A stretch of 64,000 nucleotides of DNA from Oikopleura dioica (lineage: Eukaryota; Animalia; Chordata): NCBI GenBank assembly GCA_907165135.1, contig OU015569.1, forward strand, positions 8,990,001 to 9,054,000, in the 5' to 3' direction. The notes under the pieces were generated by a model. That model saw only the letters and a program-made list of their open reading frames with translations, had not been told where the DNA came from and searched no databases. Positions 49,401 to 64,000 of the stretch are shown here, piece by piece (position 1 is the stretch's first letter; the number at the start of each line of letters is the position of its first letter). The translations under genes and the position numbers were made by a program.

Positions 49401-49892
49401 AACCAAAAAATCTAGTTCGTGGGTACTTTTCAGTCATTTACAAAACCCTTTATCATTTATTGCATGCATCAAGGTCTTCCTGCGAAAAAAAACTCACTCT
49501 TTCGCCCGAAGAGCTTCTTATTCTCAAAATATAGACTGGATCGACTAACTTTTTCTTTCTCAACGCGACTTGTATCGAGTATCCAGTTTGTAATTATGAG
49601 TTTGTTTTATTTGGAGTGGTGCTCTATAATCACATTTTCTGTAATTATAGCTGACGAGGATTCGCATGATCCCGCGCCAGATTCTGGCGAACATTCAGAA
49701 CCAAATACTGAGGAGGTTAAGACGGTAGACGTCAAAACTGAAGCCGGCGAGGAGGCAACCCCTGCCGAAGGCGACAAAATTTCAACAGATGCCAAACCAG
49801 AACCATCCCCGACGAGCGAACCTCAAACTATCCCCAAAGACGAGAAACCAGCCACGCCTCCTCCGACGTCAGGGGCCACTTCTAGTGACTAA
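46427..49892 (+). CDS. PPP6R3: PP6 regulatory subunit (SAPS domain)
   Basis: MYWN..IENLLQRED..ELLDEDSII.EL...NEKLIQYL, LNPLLACFFSKIIGSL, PLGRVRLQII, RRGYMGHL and an acidic tail; paralog number is nominal. Confidence 0.9.
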
Positions 49893-51046
49893 CTTATTTG
49901 AAAGTTCCTCTATCACCTCATTCTAAGTAATTTTCAATTTACAAGATGGACGCGTCCTTCAGCTATACAATCAGCTGCGTCCACTACCGACTAACTTATT
50001 TTATTCAATTTCCCCTTTCTTTCCTTGTCAATGAATTCTTTCCTCTACAAGTTCCTGCAAAGTTGCTTATGTTTTTCGCTTGCACTGTTCAGAGCACTTG
50101 TCGGATGCAGGCTGATTTGTTCGTCACAACAGACATTTATGTACAGTTTTCCTCTCCATTAAAACACATACTTTCACATATTGTCGAACATGCTCATCGC
50201 GAGAGCAAAACGGACTGTCTACTACGTATTTCAACACTCGCGTCCCCAATCTAAATTAAACCCTCGATGCTACAGATACAATTATATATAACTCCTCCTA
50301 AAAGTTCAAAATGTATGTTTTTGGTCTGTATATACTCAACAAAATTCAACAAGGCTAATATATGCGTTATTTTGTTTTCCTTCTTTATTTTTTAATACGA
50401 GTTGAAATTCTGTGCCGCTCTGTTCAAATCCTTGCTAACAGATCGTTTTAAATGCGACGCACCGCCAGTATCTAGAACTCAAGTAAAGTGGTATTGTCTT
50501 TTCGAGGGAATAAGATTCTCTATTGACGGCCTAAGAGGATTCTTCCTCGCTCGGGAAGATCTGCTACTGAATTATATCAAGAGTTAATTCTTCATTTTAT
50601 TTCATATTTATTAAACAAGTGCATCCATGAAATGTGACGCAACCTTAAATAAACGAATACCCTAAAAAACAATTAACCCGAGTTCAAAATAATTCCTCAT
50701 CTTTTGGAAAGATTTGGAAAACGCTCTTCAGTATCTTTATTCACGAATGGAAGAAGCTAGTTTGGACTACGAGATCTATCATTTTAAGTTTATTGATTAA
50801 ATATGCAATGCGCCAAAATCCTTAAATAAATCCCCTTTATAACATCGCACCCCGTATATATTTTATAATTCATTCAGCTCTACTGCGTCTATCGCGTTTT
50901 TATCTTGGCGGAAATTTAGAATATCAGATTTTTTTGCTGTGCAAACGTGAATACATAAAGCCATGATAATGAATGATTTAAAAGATAAATAAATTTTAAT
51001 TAGCACGACTGAAGGGCTAAAAGAAAACTTGTTCAGAAAGGGGAGC

Positions 51047-51970
51047 ATGCTTCGGCACTCAAAAAGATTCTCCAGTCTAGTTACTGACAGGGCTGGAAAG
51101 CAGTGGAAGATCAGCGGTAAATCAATAAGTTCTAGCGAGATCGGTTTTTAAATTTCGAATTCTAGTCGCTGCGCTGATAAACAGAAGGCCACTTCTAACA
51201 GAGTCGCTTGATCCAGAAATCGCTTTCCTTTTCGATCATTCTATTGAGGCACAATCGCGCGACTCTTGCTTGTCTGAGTGGGAAAAAGTCGCCAACGATC
51301 AAGAGCAAATGATCAAAGACAAAGCCGCCGGAAAGATCTTGGGCGAGCTGCCTTTCTCAGAGTCCAAAACCAACATTCGCGATAGAAAGCAACTTGTCCT
51401 CAACGCGCATTTAGACAAAGAACTGAATTTTCAGAATTCTAGCTTCAAGGCGCCGCATGACGAACTTGTTTTAGTCGATAAGAATGGACAATTACCCAAG
51501 ATTAATTTAGATCCAAGTAAGTTAGCGCCATACTGATCGCGCTTTCCAAATATCTATTTTTCTGTTATTTTTAGATCTAGATGCGTTGGAGCTCGCTCAA
51601 AAAGCATCGGAATCAACGGGGGAGAATATTGAAATCAGCTTCACTTCACCCTATCCTACTGGACACTACGAAGTAGTCTTCGATGAAAAGCGATCTTCAG
51701 AAGAAAATTGTTTTGGAGAAAAAGTATTTATTTACCATGGGCACGGTTTCTTGTTGACAAGAAGTTGTTGTTGACCTTGCGCGGAGTTGAAATTTTACCA
51801 ACCGTTAGATAGCAGATCTCGCGCCAGAAATGAGGGCGCAACGACAACGCGCAAAACGCAAAGCATCGAAAAGCGATCATTTATGTTTTGACGCTTTTGA
51901 GGATACAGTTTTTTATATCAACAAACGAGAAACCTCGAGAGATATATTATTAACAAATATGATCCCTTGA
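51047..51970 (+). CDS. MRPL46: Mitochondrial ribosomal protein mL46-like (3' end uncertain)
   Basis: Mitochondrial-type N-terminus, WKISVAALINRRPLL, and PYPTGHYEVVF...FGEKVFIY matching the mL46 PCGHY..F..GAKVFF motif. Confidence 0.65.
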
Positions 51971-52127
51971 CGGATTCTTTATGGGTGCAAGCTGAACCCC
52001 ATTTTTTGAAGCAAATTAAATCCGCTAAAACTTCAAGTGAGGCGAATATAAGTCAAACTGTGCTAGACTGCCTTTAGGAGCGATAAAAATATCCAGATGC
52101 GTGAGTTTAACGACTCTATTATTCAGA

Positions 52128-55100
52128 ATGAGTGGCAATATTGCAATTTTTGCGGAGAAATCGGTCTTAGGATGCGAGGAAGTAAATTCTGCTGTCCGTC
52201 GACTAAAAGAAACGGTGAGGACGTTACAGTCATACATTAATGTTAACCCATGTAAACCTCTAGGCGGGTTTTGAGTGCGTTGAATTCACGACATTCGACG
52301 ATGTTCGTGAAAATCAAGCGGCGTTTGACGGCGACGATCTTATATTCTTGGTAGAGGACTTCAGCGGACCTCTATTCGAGTCGATCCTTCGCAATTTCAC
52401 GCAAAGGGAACCAAAGATTACCATCTTTGGGAAATCCTACTTCCTGTACGTTTGCGAGGATCGAGAGAACGAGGGCATCAAATATAGCAGAGGGCGGCAT
52501 ATTTTCAACACCGCACTCCTCGGAAAATGTAACGTTATAAAATTGAATTTCACCATCTTATAGGGAAATTTAGTTGTCGTCGTTGGGGGAGGTCCTAGGT
52601 CGACCAATAACAAGTCTAACAAGCTCTGCAAGTACATGGGCGCGCAGGTGAAGGACCAGATCTCCCTGAAAATCGACTATCTTTTCACAACGAATATGCG
52701 CACGAAGAAATACGTCGATGCATCGAAATTTAACGTGCCGATATATAAGCGTGAACTCATCTTCGATATTTGGGAGAAACGAAAGAATCCTAATTTCTTC
52801 CGCGAGTTGTCCGAGAACAAGGAAGATCTTGACAAGTGGCGTCCGCCACCTTTCGAGGACTACAAAATGCGTTTTATGGGTTTTCCAGACGACGAAGCAG
52901 CCCAACTGCAGGAAGAACTTATGAATCACGGTGGGAGGATGGTACATAAAGACGATCCGGATTTGGACCTCATCGTTATTCCCAACGACATGCCAAAACC
53001 AGTTTCCATTAGCACCGACGATCTCGAGAAGATGGTTGTCGTCGAATGGTTCTGGTCATGTATTCAGGTAAACACATCGGAATCAAATTTCCGGCTCGTT
53101 TTTATAGCTGTTCAGAAGGCGGCAGCTCTCCTCTTTTTTACAACAGATAGGTGCGATAACACAAATTTAGGTCGGATATCGGTTAGATTCGGCCCAGTAC
53201 CCACCTTCCTGGTACGGAAAAGTATATGAGACGATGCTGGAGAATACCGAATATGCCGATGAGTCAGGAGGCGTTTCTTTGATTGCGTCTCCTAATCGCT
53301 TGAATGTCAGCAAATCGGGAGAGACACGATATGAACTTCTTAGAGACCTGGCACTCAAGTTTGGAATTACTGACGCTGAGATAGACGGTAGTAAAGGACT
53401 TTGTATTGAAACTGATCAGTTATTTAGACTTTGATGATCCTCAAAAACCAGTAAAATCTCGACGAAGCCTTCTCACAGCGGTTGTCGATGGCGTTTCGAA
53501 AAAGCGTGAGACGGGCAAAGACGATGCCCAGGAAAAAATAGAGAAAGCTCGAGTAGCCAGAAAATTCATCTGCAGCGAGATCAGTACGGTCGAGAAAAAC
53601 TACGTGAAGATCCTTCAGCATATAATCAGCGAGTACAAGTCGAAACTTGAGGAAGCGAGGCTAATTCCAGAGGCAGAGTGTAAACAGATTTTCGGAAACT
53701 TGGCAGAACTCTGCAACATCCATACGGAAATGAATGACGCCATTGAAGGAGAGATGAATAATTGGTCTGACGAAACTCAGCTCGGCCAAATGATCGGCGG
53801 CTACGGCGATCGGCTGCTCAAAGAATATCCGCCTTACATAAACTACCTTGAGCACTCGCTTGAAAAAGTCAAATCACTAACCGAGAAGAGCACGAAATTC
53901 CGCGCCTTTCTGAAGTCGACTCAAGCCCGCTCAACTTACAAATTCGATCTTGTTGACATGCTGACTCGGCCAGTTCAGCATCTTCCTCGCTACTTGCTCC
54001 TCTTAAAAGATCTCAAGGCGAAAACAGAGGTTATGAACAAAGACCACAAGGATATAGGTAAGACGCAAACAAGTGATTAGAAAAGTAAAGTTGTTTCAGA
54101 GCATCTCGATAAAGCGCTAGAAATCATTCACAAAGTGACGAAAACAGTCAATCAAGCCCGTGGAAAAGCTGAAGATCAATTTGCTCTTATCGACCTGCTG
54201 AATAACGAGATTGATAAATGTCCCATGTATCTTATATCTGCGCAGCGAAGAATCGTCGCCCGTTACAACTGCGTCGGGCTCGACGCATCAGCCTGTCTCG
54301 GAACGAAACTCAATGATAAACTCTGCGTTATCCTATTCAAGTAAGCCACACTTTTATTCGACTCCTACGCATTTCTCCTAGTGACATACTGATGATCTGT
54401 CAACGACGCAGCTCGAGAAAAGTGAGGCGTCAACCATCAGATCGCGGCGCTACTCCCGGCCGAGGAACTTCGAAGAAAGAAGCTCTGGAATACAAAATCC
54501 ATTTCTCTCTCACGAAAGTGGTTAACGTGCTAAGAGTAAAAGAAACTTCAGAGGTTCAAAGGTGCATCTCCATCGCAATATTATTGCCGATAAATCACAA
54601 AGAACAATGTAAGTTAAATAAATCACGTAAGTGGCTTCGTTTATAAATGCATGTTTGTAGTGTCTCTTTTCACTCACCAGATCGGAAAGGATGAGGACAA
54701 GGAATCAATTTTGACAACACTGTGTGATACGATAATAAAAGACCGGGATGGCGATCGAGAAATGATGAAAGATATTATTTCCGAGACTGAGCTCAGCAAT
54801 CTCAACATTAATCTCAAGGTAATTTGTTTGGTTTGTATGGTCTTCGTGTTATTATTGACTAAATATAGAGGTTGATGAGAGAACAGGCCACACGGCAGGC
54901 AACTGAGCCGACTGGGAGCTTGCCAAAGCCCAAAAAAGTTCGCGATGACATTAAAGTCCATAGTCACAGTCATCGCAAGCATAGTTCTCAGCAAGAATAT
55001 GCGGTTCACATAACATCAGGGACTCGTAGCTTACGCGATCTCCCGAATAAAATGCGGAAATACGTTAAAAGTGCAGCCGATCTTTGGTCGCAGCACTGAC

Positions 55101-55753
55101 CCGCACAAATATACCTTGTATATTTTTGTAAATTGTCGCTTACACTCACTAACACTCGCTCACGTCTCTTCAGGAAATTAATCAATCAGGAGCAACGACG
55201 GCCAAAAAGATAAAACTAACTATGGCGAAAGGGCTCAAAAAGTTTAGTTCAAGAGCGCATCTTGAGCCAAGCGAGCCGAACTCGTTAACTGCTGCTGATC
55301 GGTAACAATCATTTCAAATTAATCAAACGCTAATAATCTAACCCACAGCTATGATTCCGACGCTTCGCTTGCATCCATCTCCTCAAATATATCTTTGGTG
55401 CAAAACAGTACAGGAGAGGCTGAATTTTTATTCGAAAGGGTTCTTTTTATGCTTCTATATTTTGAAAAAGTTTTGATCGACGCAGCCATTCAGCCTTTCA
55501 AAGGATTACCGTACAACGACACTCCGTCAAAATACAAGTCTCCGCTGAAGAGCGGTTTCTCCACCGTGCGCGGAATTCTATCTGGATCCGTCAAAAAGAA
55601 AAACCGCCCAAGCAAGCAAATCATCAGCTCCTCAAACTTCGAGTCTTTGGATACACAACACGTATAGTTTTTTTTCCTAATCTCGATTTTAAAATCCGGT
55701 TTTAGGCGTTCCAGCCACCAAAGTCACTTCCTCCTCGACCAACTAAGAAATAG
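52128..55753 (+). CDS. ECT2: ECT2/Pebble RhoGEF
   Basis: N-terminal BRCT repeats (LVEDFSGPLFE, MGAQV, PPFEDY..F.GF, VVVEWFWSCIQ), DH domain (EISTVEKNYVKILQ, LTRPVQHLPRYLLLLKDL) and a PH-like region. Confidence 0.9.
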
Positions 55754-56448
55754 ATCGCCGACTGCAGACACCTTCTATTCACCTCTCAATCTACCTACTA
55801 TCATTCCTTCACTGTACACATTCCATCTCTCTTTCCTCTATCCTCACAATTACGCTCAGAACGCTCATTTATTATTCTTCCAACTTAGTAAACGAACCAT
55901 TCCCAAACACGCCTTATTACATGAAAACGCAATTCACTGTTTCTTTATATTTAATATCTTGATTTTTTACTGTACATAAATCTTTTGTCCGTTCAACACT
56001 GCTCTTTCACCGCCTTATACTAGGACATTCTATAAATAAAATCCAACAATTCAACAAGAAGCGTCATTATTCGTTCATCTCAAGCACAATTAAATTTCAA
56101 TATGGAGTTATAAACGGTCATATCGCGTCGTGGTTGAGATTTACGAGTTGAGACCTCAGAATAACATTTGCGTCAAAGAAGACCCGTACAATTAATCGAA
56201 TTGGATGATCTGTGCATTACGTGCTCACTGTGCATTTTGCAACTCATCCTTTTCGGCGTCAAACGCGTCAATAATGACTAAGTTGTCAGGACAACTCCGG
56301 ATCGTTGGTTGATTAATGTGCGAACACTCCCGAGAGATCTCCCATTGTATAAAGACACTGCCATCGCAGCGAAAGTCTCAAAACAGCAATTGAATAAATA
56401 GCGAGATAATCAAATATATTTTGAAAGAAAAACTTTTTTTTTAAAGAG

Positions 56449-59330
56449 ATGGGACGTCGTGAGAGTGATTTGTCCGTAGTAAGAGTTCCGGCTTACTCTT
56501 ACATCCATGTCATCGACAACAATACAAATGTTACTCGTCTGGAGACAGGTCCACAGGTAACTCTATTTATCAGGACATCAGTTGCTGAGAACAGCATATT
56601 ATAGACATTTGTTGCCAAAGACAACGAGAAAATTGTGCTTGATCCGACACCTTTCGTGACCATCCCCGAACGTAGCTTCGCGACCATCAAGAATCCGGTC
56701 GAACGAGATGAAAAAGGTGAAGTCAAGTACGACGATTACGGCGGTGCAAAGCTTCACTTTGCCGACACCGAGATCCGTTTTCACGACTTCCTTTCTGGTG
56801 AAAGATTCCCTCTTTACCCCGGAGAAGTCTTGGAAGGAGAAGTGAAGGAGCTTCGCGTGGTTGCCAAAGATACTGCGCTTCGAATTCACTGCACGCAAGA
56901 CTTCAAAGACAAGGCTGGCACTCAGGTAATAGATTAAAGTTTAATCATTAAAACATTTCATTGTTCTGTCAGAATGTCACATAATGTACTAATTTTTATT
57001 CATTCAGCGAGTCGCGGGAGAAGAATGGCTCTTTTTCGGTCCAGCTACCTACTACCCCCGCAAGGAGGAGAAGGCTGTTTCAGTAATCAAGTCGCTTATC
57101 ATCGGACGTAACCAAGCGGTCAGACTCCGAGCGACTCGTGATCTGGAAGACGCTAACAAGAAAAAACGAGTCGCAGGAGAAGAATGGCTCATTCGCAAAG
57201 TTGGAAACTACCTTCCCGGACCGCACGAAATGGTCATTGAAACTCTGGACTCTCGAGTGCTAACCGATAAAAAGGCACTTCACGTCCGAGCAACTGGCAA
57301 CTTCACGGATTTCACTGGAAAAGAGCGAAAGACTGGAGATACCTGGCTAGTCACTAAGGATGACATCGAAGCATTTATTCCTGATATTTGCGAAGAAGTC
57401 GTTCAAGAAGTTGCGGTAACAACCCTGAGCTCGCGCCAGTACTGCGTCATTGAAGATCCCGTCGACGCGAACCTAAAGAATCAGCGAGGAAAGAAAATCT
57501 TGCGTCGCGGAGAGGCATCCTTCTTCTTGCATCCCGAAGAATCCATCCCCAGAGGCATCCAGAACTTCATCATTCTTGGCGAAGACGAAGGTCTTGTTCT
57601 CACTGCGAATGAAGCATTCACAGACGAGAACAATATCTCGCGAGCTCCTGGAGACAAATGGATGTTCAAGGGACCTGGCGAGTTTGTTCCGACCGTGGAG
57701 ACTGACATCAAGTGTTTGAACAAGGCGATTGCGCTTGCGGAAACCGAAGGTGTTTACATTCGAGACATTAAGACCGGACGAGTCCGCACGGAAATCGGAA
57801 CAACTTATCTTCTGAAAGAAAACGAGGAGTTTTGGGAGAAAGAACTGCCAGAGCATGTGACCAAACTCATCGGACTCGACCCATTGGTCAATCGAAACAA
57901 CCGCATCGACATCTCCAACGATGTTATTCGTCAACGAGACAACATGCATAAACGCGCTGCTCCAGGTGGATCTCTCTTTGGTGCAACAAATGCAGAATTC
58001 GTGGGTGCTCCAGTCGGCCGAAAGGGATTTCCTACTACCGTAGTTCCCAAAGCAGCGCGGGTTGTTTCCCTGGAAGTGCCCCAAAATGCTGCTTGTCAGC
58101 TGTACGATTTCAAGGCCAAGAAGTCGCGTGTTGTGTTCGGTCCCGAGCTTGTGATGTTGCAGCCAGATGAACAATTCACTGTGCTGTCCCTTTCTGGAGA
58201 CAAGCCAAAGAAGCCAGGTGTTATCAAGTCACTCGTTCTTCTCCTCGGCCCGGATTTCTGCACCGATGTTGTGGACGTAGAAACAGTTGATCATGCTCGA
58301 CTTCGGCTCAATGTCTCTTACAACTGGAATTTCGACACGGACAAGGCCAAGGCGTCCGATGAGGCCAAGGAAAAACTGTTTTGCGTTCCCGACTTCATTG
58401 GAGATATGTGCAAGACGACTGCGTCGCGAATTCGTGCCGCTGTTGCCAGCAAGACCTTCGATGAGTTCCACAAGGACAGTGCCAAGATCATCCGAGGATC
58501 TGTTCTCGGCTTCGAAGATACTGAGAAAACGAAAGTCAAGGACAAACTTGAATTCCCCAACAACCACTTGGTCATTACATCTGTCGATATTCAGTGCGTG
58601 GAACCCGTCGACCAGCGCACAAAGGACTCTTTGATGAAGTCGGTCCAGTTGGCGATCGAGATTACCACAAACTCTCAGGAAGCCAAAGCGAAGCAAGATG
58701 CTCTCCGAGTAGAGCAGAAAGCCAAGGGTGAACTCGAGCGTCAACGAATTCAAGACGACGCCGAAGCCGAGAAGTCTCGTCAGGAGCTTCTCAAACTCCA
58801 AGCGGCTTCTGCTGCGCTCGAATCATGTGGCCAAGCTCAGGCTGAAGCGAAATCAAGAGCCGAGGCTTCCGCTATCGAGTTCCAGGCTTCTGTTGATCAA
58901 GCTCGTCTTCGCGCGGAAGCTCAGAAAATCGAAGCCGATGCGGAGTTAGATCGACTTCAGAAGGCAAGAGACGCCGAAATCGATTACATCAAGAAGAAGA
59001 ACGAGCTTGAGCTCACGAAGCAGCAGGAAGAGTCGAAGCTTGAAATTGCTAAGTTCAAGGAAATGGTCGACGCAATCGGACCTGATACAATCCGCGCGAT
59101 GGCAAGCGCTGGACAAGACAACCAAGTAAAACTTCTCCAGTCACTTGGGCTTACATCTACTCTGATCACCGGTAATTCACTTGCAACGCGCTTCTTTTAA
59201 ATATTTATTTCTAGACGGCCGAAGCCCGATCAACTTGCTCAACACTGCCCAGGGATTCATCAGTGCAGCCGGGGGATCAGCCAATTCGATGCCTGCTGCT
59301 CAGCCACGAATTCAACCTGAAGATTTATAA
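56449..59330 (+). CDS. MVP: Major vault protein
   Basis: VVRVPAYSYIHVIDNNTNVTRLETGP, vault repeats (RVAGEEWL..GP), LLLGPDF.TD..VET.DHARL, VEPVDQRTKDSLMKSVQLAIEITTNSQE, cap helix, and GL.STLITDGRSPINL. Confidence 0.97.
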
Positions 59331-60299
59331 GTTCAAAAAATTCCCAACTCTGCCTTAGGAAATATTCTTTCAATCATCACTTCATTGAAACACTTTCTAC
59401 CATTTTAACCTTCTTATCACGAAACCCCTACAGATTGCCTTCATTCTCTTATCAACATTTCAATTTATACACATGTTCTGACAGTTTCCATCCCTTACGA
59501 CTTCAAAATGTTAAATAATAAATTCTCGCTCATCAAAAATCACTTGTTACGTGTTTCTCTTGAATTTTGGAAAGTTCTAGAGCTCTTCTGTCCGGTCTAG
59601 GTAGAAGTGGTTCGACTGAGAATATTTTTTTTCATATTTGTTGCGCAAAACATTCCATAGTCTTGGATTGTCTGTCAGAAGATACCAGAATATCCTGGGG
59701 CAACATTTGATCCTATTGTTGAGACGGATATAAGAATGAGATTCTCTGAAGAGATCCGCCATTAGGAATTTTCCCTCGGAGAAATAGTTAATTTATTAGA
59801 AGTTTCTGTCTTCGCGAAAGGCTTTGCGTAATTTCAAAATAATGAAAAAAGTATGAGTAAAGAATTTGACTGCGTTATATTAGGAAAAATAGTCGTTATT
59901 GAATGTGGTGAGTCACATTGCTGCTTTGTCACGCGCGCAGCGTGTGCGCACACTCTCCGTTCAATCACTCCTTTCCATTTTTACTCTTGAGTTGGCCGAA
60001 AGTCAAGCCTGACACCTTTTTCGGTCATTCGAGGGCCCCTCTATGCGCTCAGGTTGACCTGAACTCGGCGAGTCAGACTCCACCCTTCGCCGGAATTGAA
60101 CGCCGAAGGGCGCCAAAGAGACCTTTTTGACCGGACAGTGTTTATTTATTTTCGCCAAATGGGTTTGAAACGGCTCAGAATTCCGAATCAACACCACTAC
60201 TACCATCCATCAAAGAGATTAACCCTTCGCGCACTGTTTTGCACTTCGCAACTTCATCGGGAGTAGCACCTGTCCTGTAACCAACTGTTCCTAGATTTT

Positions 60300-62870
<2,571 letters not shown>

Positions 62871-63322
62871 GTTACAAGCTTGGCGAGTAGCCCGCTGCTC
62901 GCAAACATCGAATGGAATATAAACTCGAAGAAACTGCACCTATTCACAACCTAGCATAATGTTACTGTTGCCCATCATGTTTCCTATTTCTCTCCACTAT
63001 TTGAACTCAAGGTCGTGCCTTAATTCTTCTTTCATTTTCCTTTCTCCCCTCTCTCTATTGAACCTCCCACTTTCCCTCATCGAAAGGTGCATCTCTTCCT
63101 CTTAATATTAATCTATCTTCACACATAGCATCAAAGTCGATTTCCTATTTATATTACTCACATCTGTTCTCTGAAAATCTTCTTGTCTCGTTATGAAACA
63201 AACGAACTTCTGATGAACAACCTTAGGTTACATAAAATAAATAGAATTTGGGAATTATCAAAGATGTCTTATTCAGTCGATTCATGCATGTTTATTTGCT
63301 CAAGGCATTTTAAAGGACAGTC

Positions 63323-63709
63323 TTACAAAAGGCCGGACGTGGTAGTGCTTCCGGGAGAGGTATCCGCTCTTCCGATCTTTAATCTGAGGGTATCTTTTCG
63401 CTGGATTCTGCGTACCGCTTGCGCAAACGTCACCATTGTATAGTCGAATCCATTGGCCTCGTAAATTTGATCACCGACTTTCAGGCCTCCTATTTCTGCT
63501 GCACTTCCAGGCTCAATTTTGATTATGTAGACTCCCTTATCACTTCAATGTTGAGTTAGAAAGAAGAGTTTCTTCAATTTTCATTACCCATTTTTGGAGT
63601 ACGGATTTTGAGCAGGATCCTTGTCGATTCCACCGAAAATTTCAATTCCGAACTTCCCATTTTGTTTGTTTATCTCGTACTCCCAGCAAGCCACCTCAAA
63701 AGCGCTCAT
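63323..63709 (-). CDS. TAX1BP3: Single-PDZ protein TIP-1
   Basis: FGIEIFGGIDKDPAQNPYS..KGVYIIKIEPGSAAEIGGLKVGDQIYEANGFDYTMVTFAQA matches the TIP-1 GGIDQDPSQNPF insert; one short intron. Confidence 0.88.
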
Positions 63710-64000
63710 TTTCGTTTGTTCGATTACTCTTATTTTCAAAAACGTAAAGAGGGAAGATTTCTTTCCGCCAAGTTGGGCTTTATAGCGCGGACCGTGAGTC
63801 ACCCGCTATTAGAATTGCCTCATGTGAATCATGCGCTATAGTAGGTCGTAGAGACGTGCCAGTTTTAACAACTATCAGAGAACTAGGCCAAACGTTTCTT
63901 TTTTATTTTTGGGGACACCATCACAGATAAGGTAATATATTTCACTTTCAGCATTTTAATTATAACCATAAAATTAATCAATCGACTTGGTTGATCGAGA

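Overview
Gene-dense eukaryotic window with tiny introns (mostly about 40-50 bp), several non-canonical GA/GG/GC-AG introns, and AG acceptors directly in front of start codons. This architecture points to a larvacean tunicate such as Oikopleura dioica (inference). Recognisable genes are NUP214, LUC7L3, a rhodanese protein, glycogen phosphorylase, GTPBP4/NOG1, a divergent survivin-like BIR protein, an EGF/ZP extracellular protein, a GAL3ST-type sulfotransferase, a catalytically dead multi-domain trypsin-like protein, a CRIB-motif protein, GPI-type aminopeptidase P, DNAJC17-like, PPP6R, MRPL46, ECT2, MVP, DDX3/PL10 and TAX1BP3. Four features stand out. (1) A recent non-autonomous LTR retroelement (17167-20894, tRNA-Leu PBS, structured non-coding interior) is flanked by an ~820-bp direct duplication instead of a 4-6 bp TSD, and each duplicate contains a ~590-bp foldback element. 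(2) The survivin-like protein has all four BIR zinc-ligand positions substituted. (3) Two related intronless genes encode small, strongly cationic secreted peptides, one nested antisense in an intron. (4) There are further MITEs, one apparently interrupting a coding exon. Exon boundaries were derived by hand and gene ends marked uncertain are approximate.
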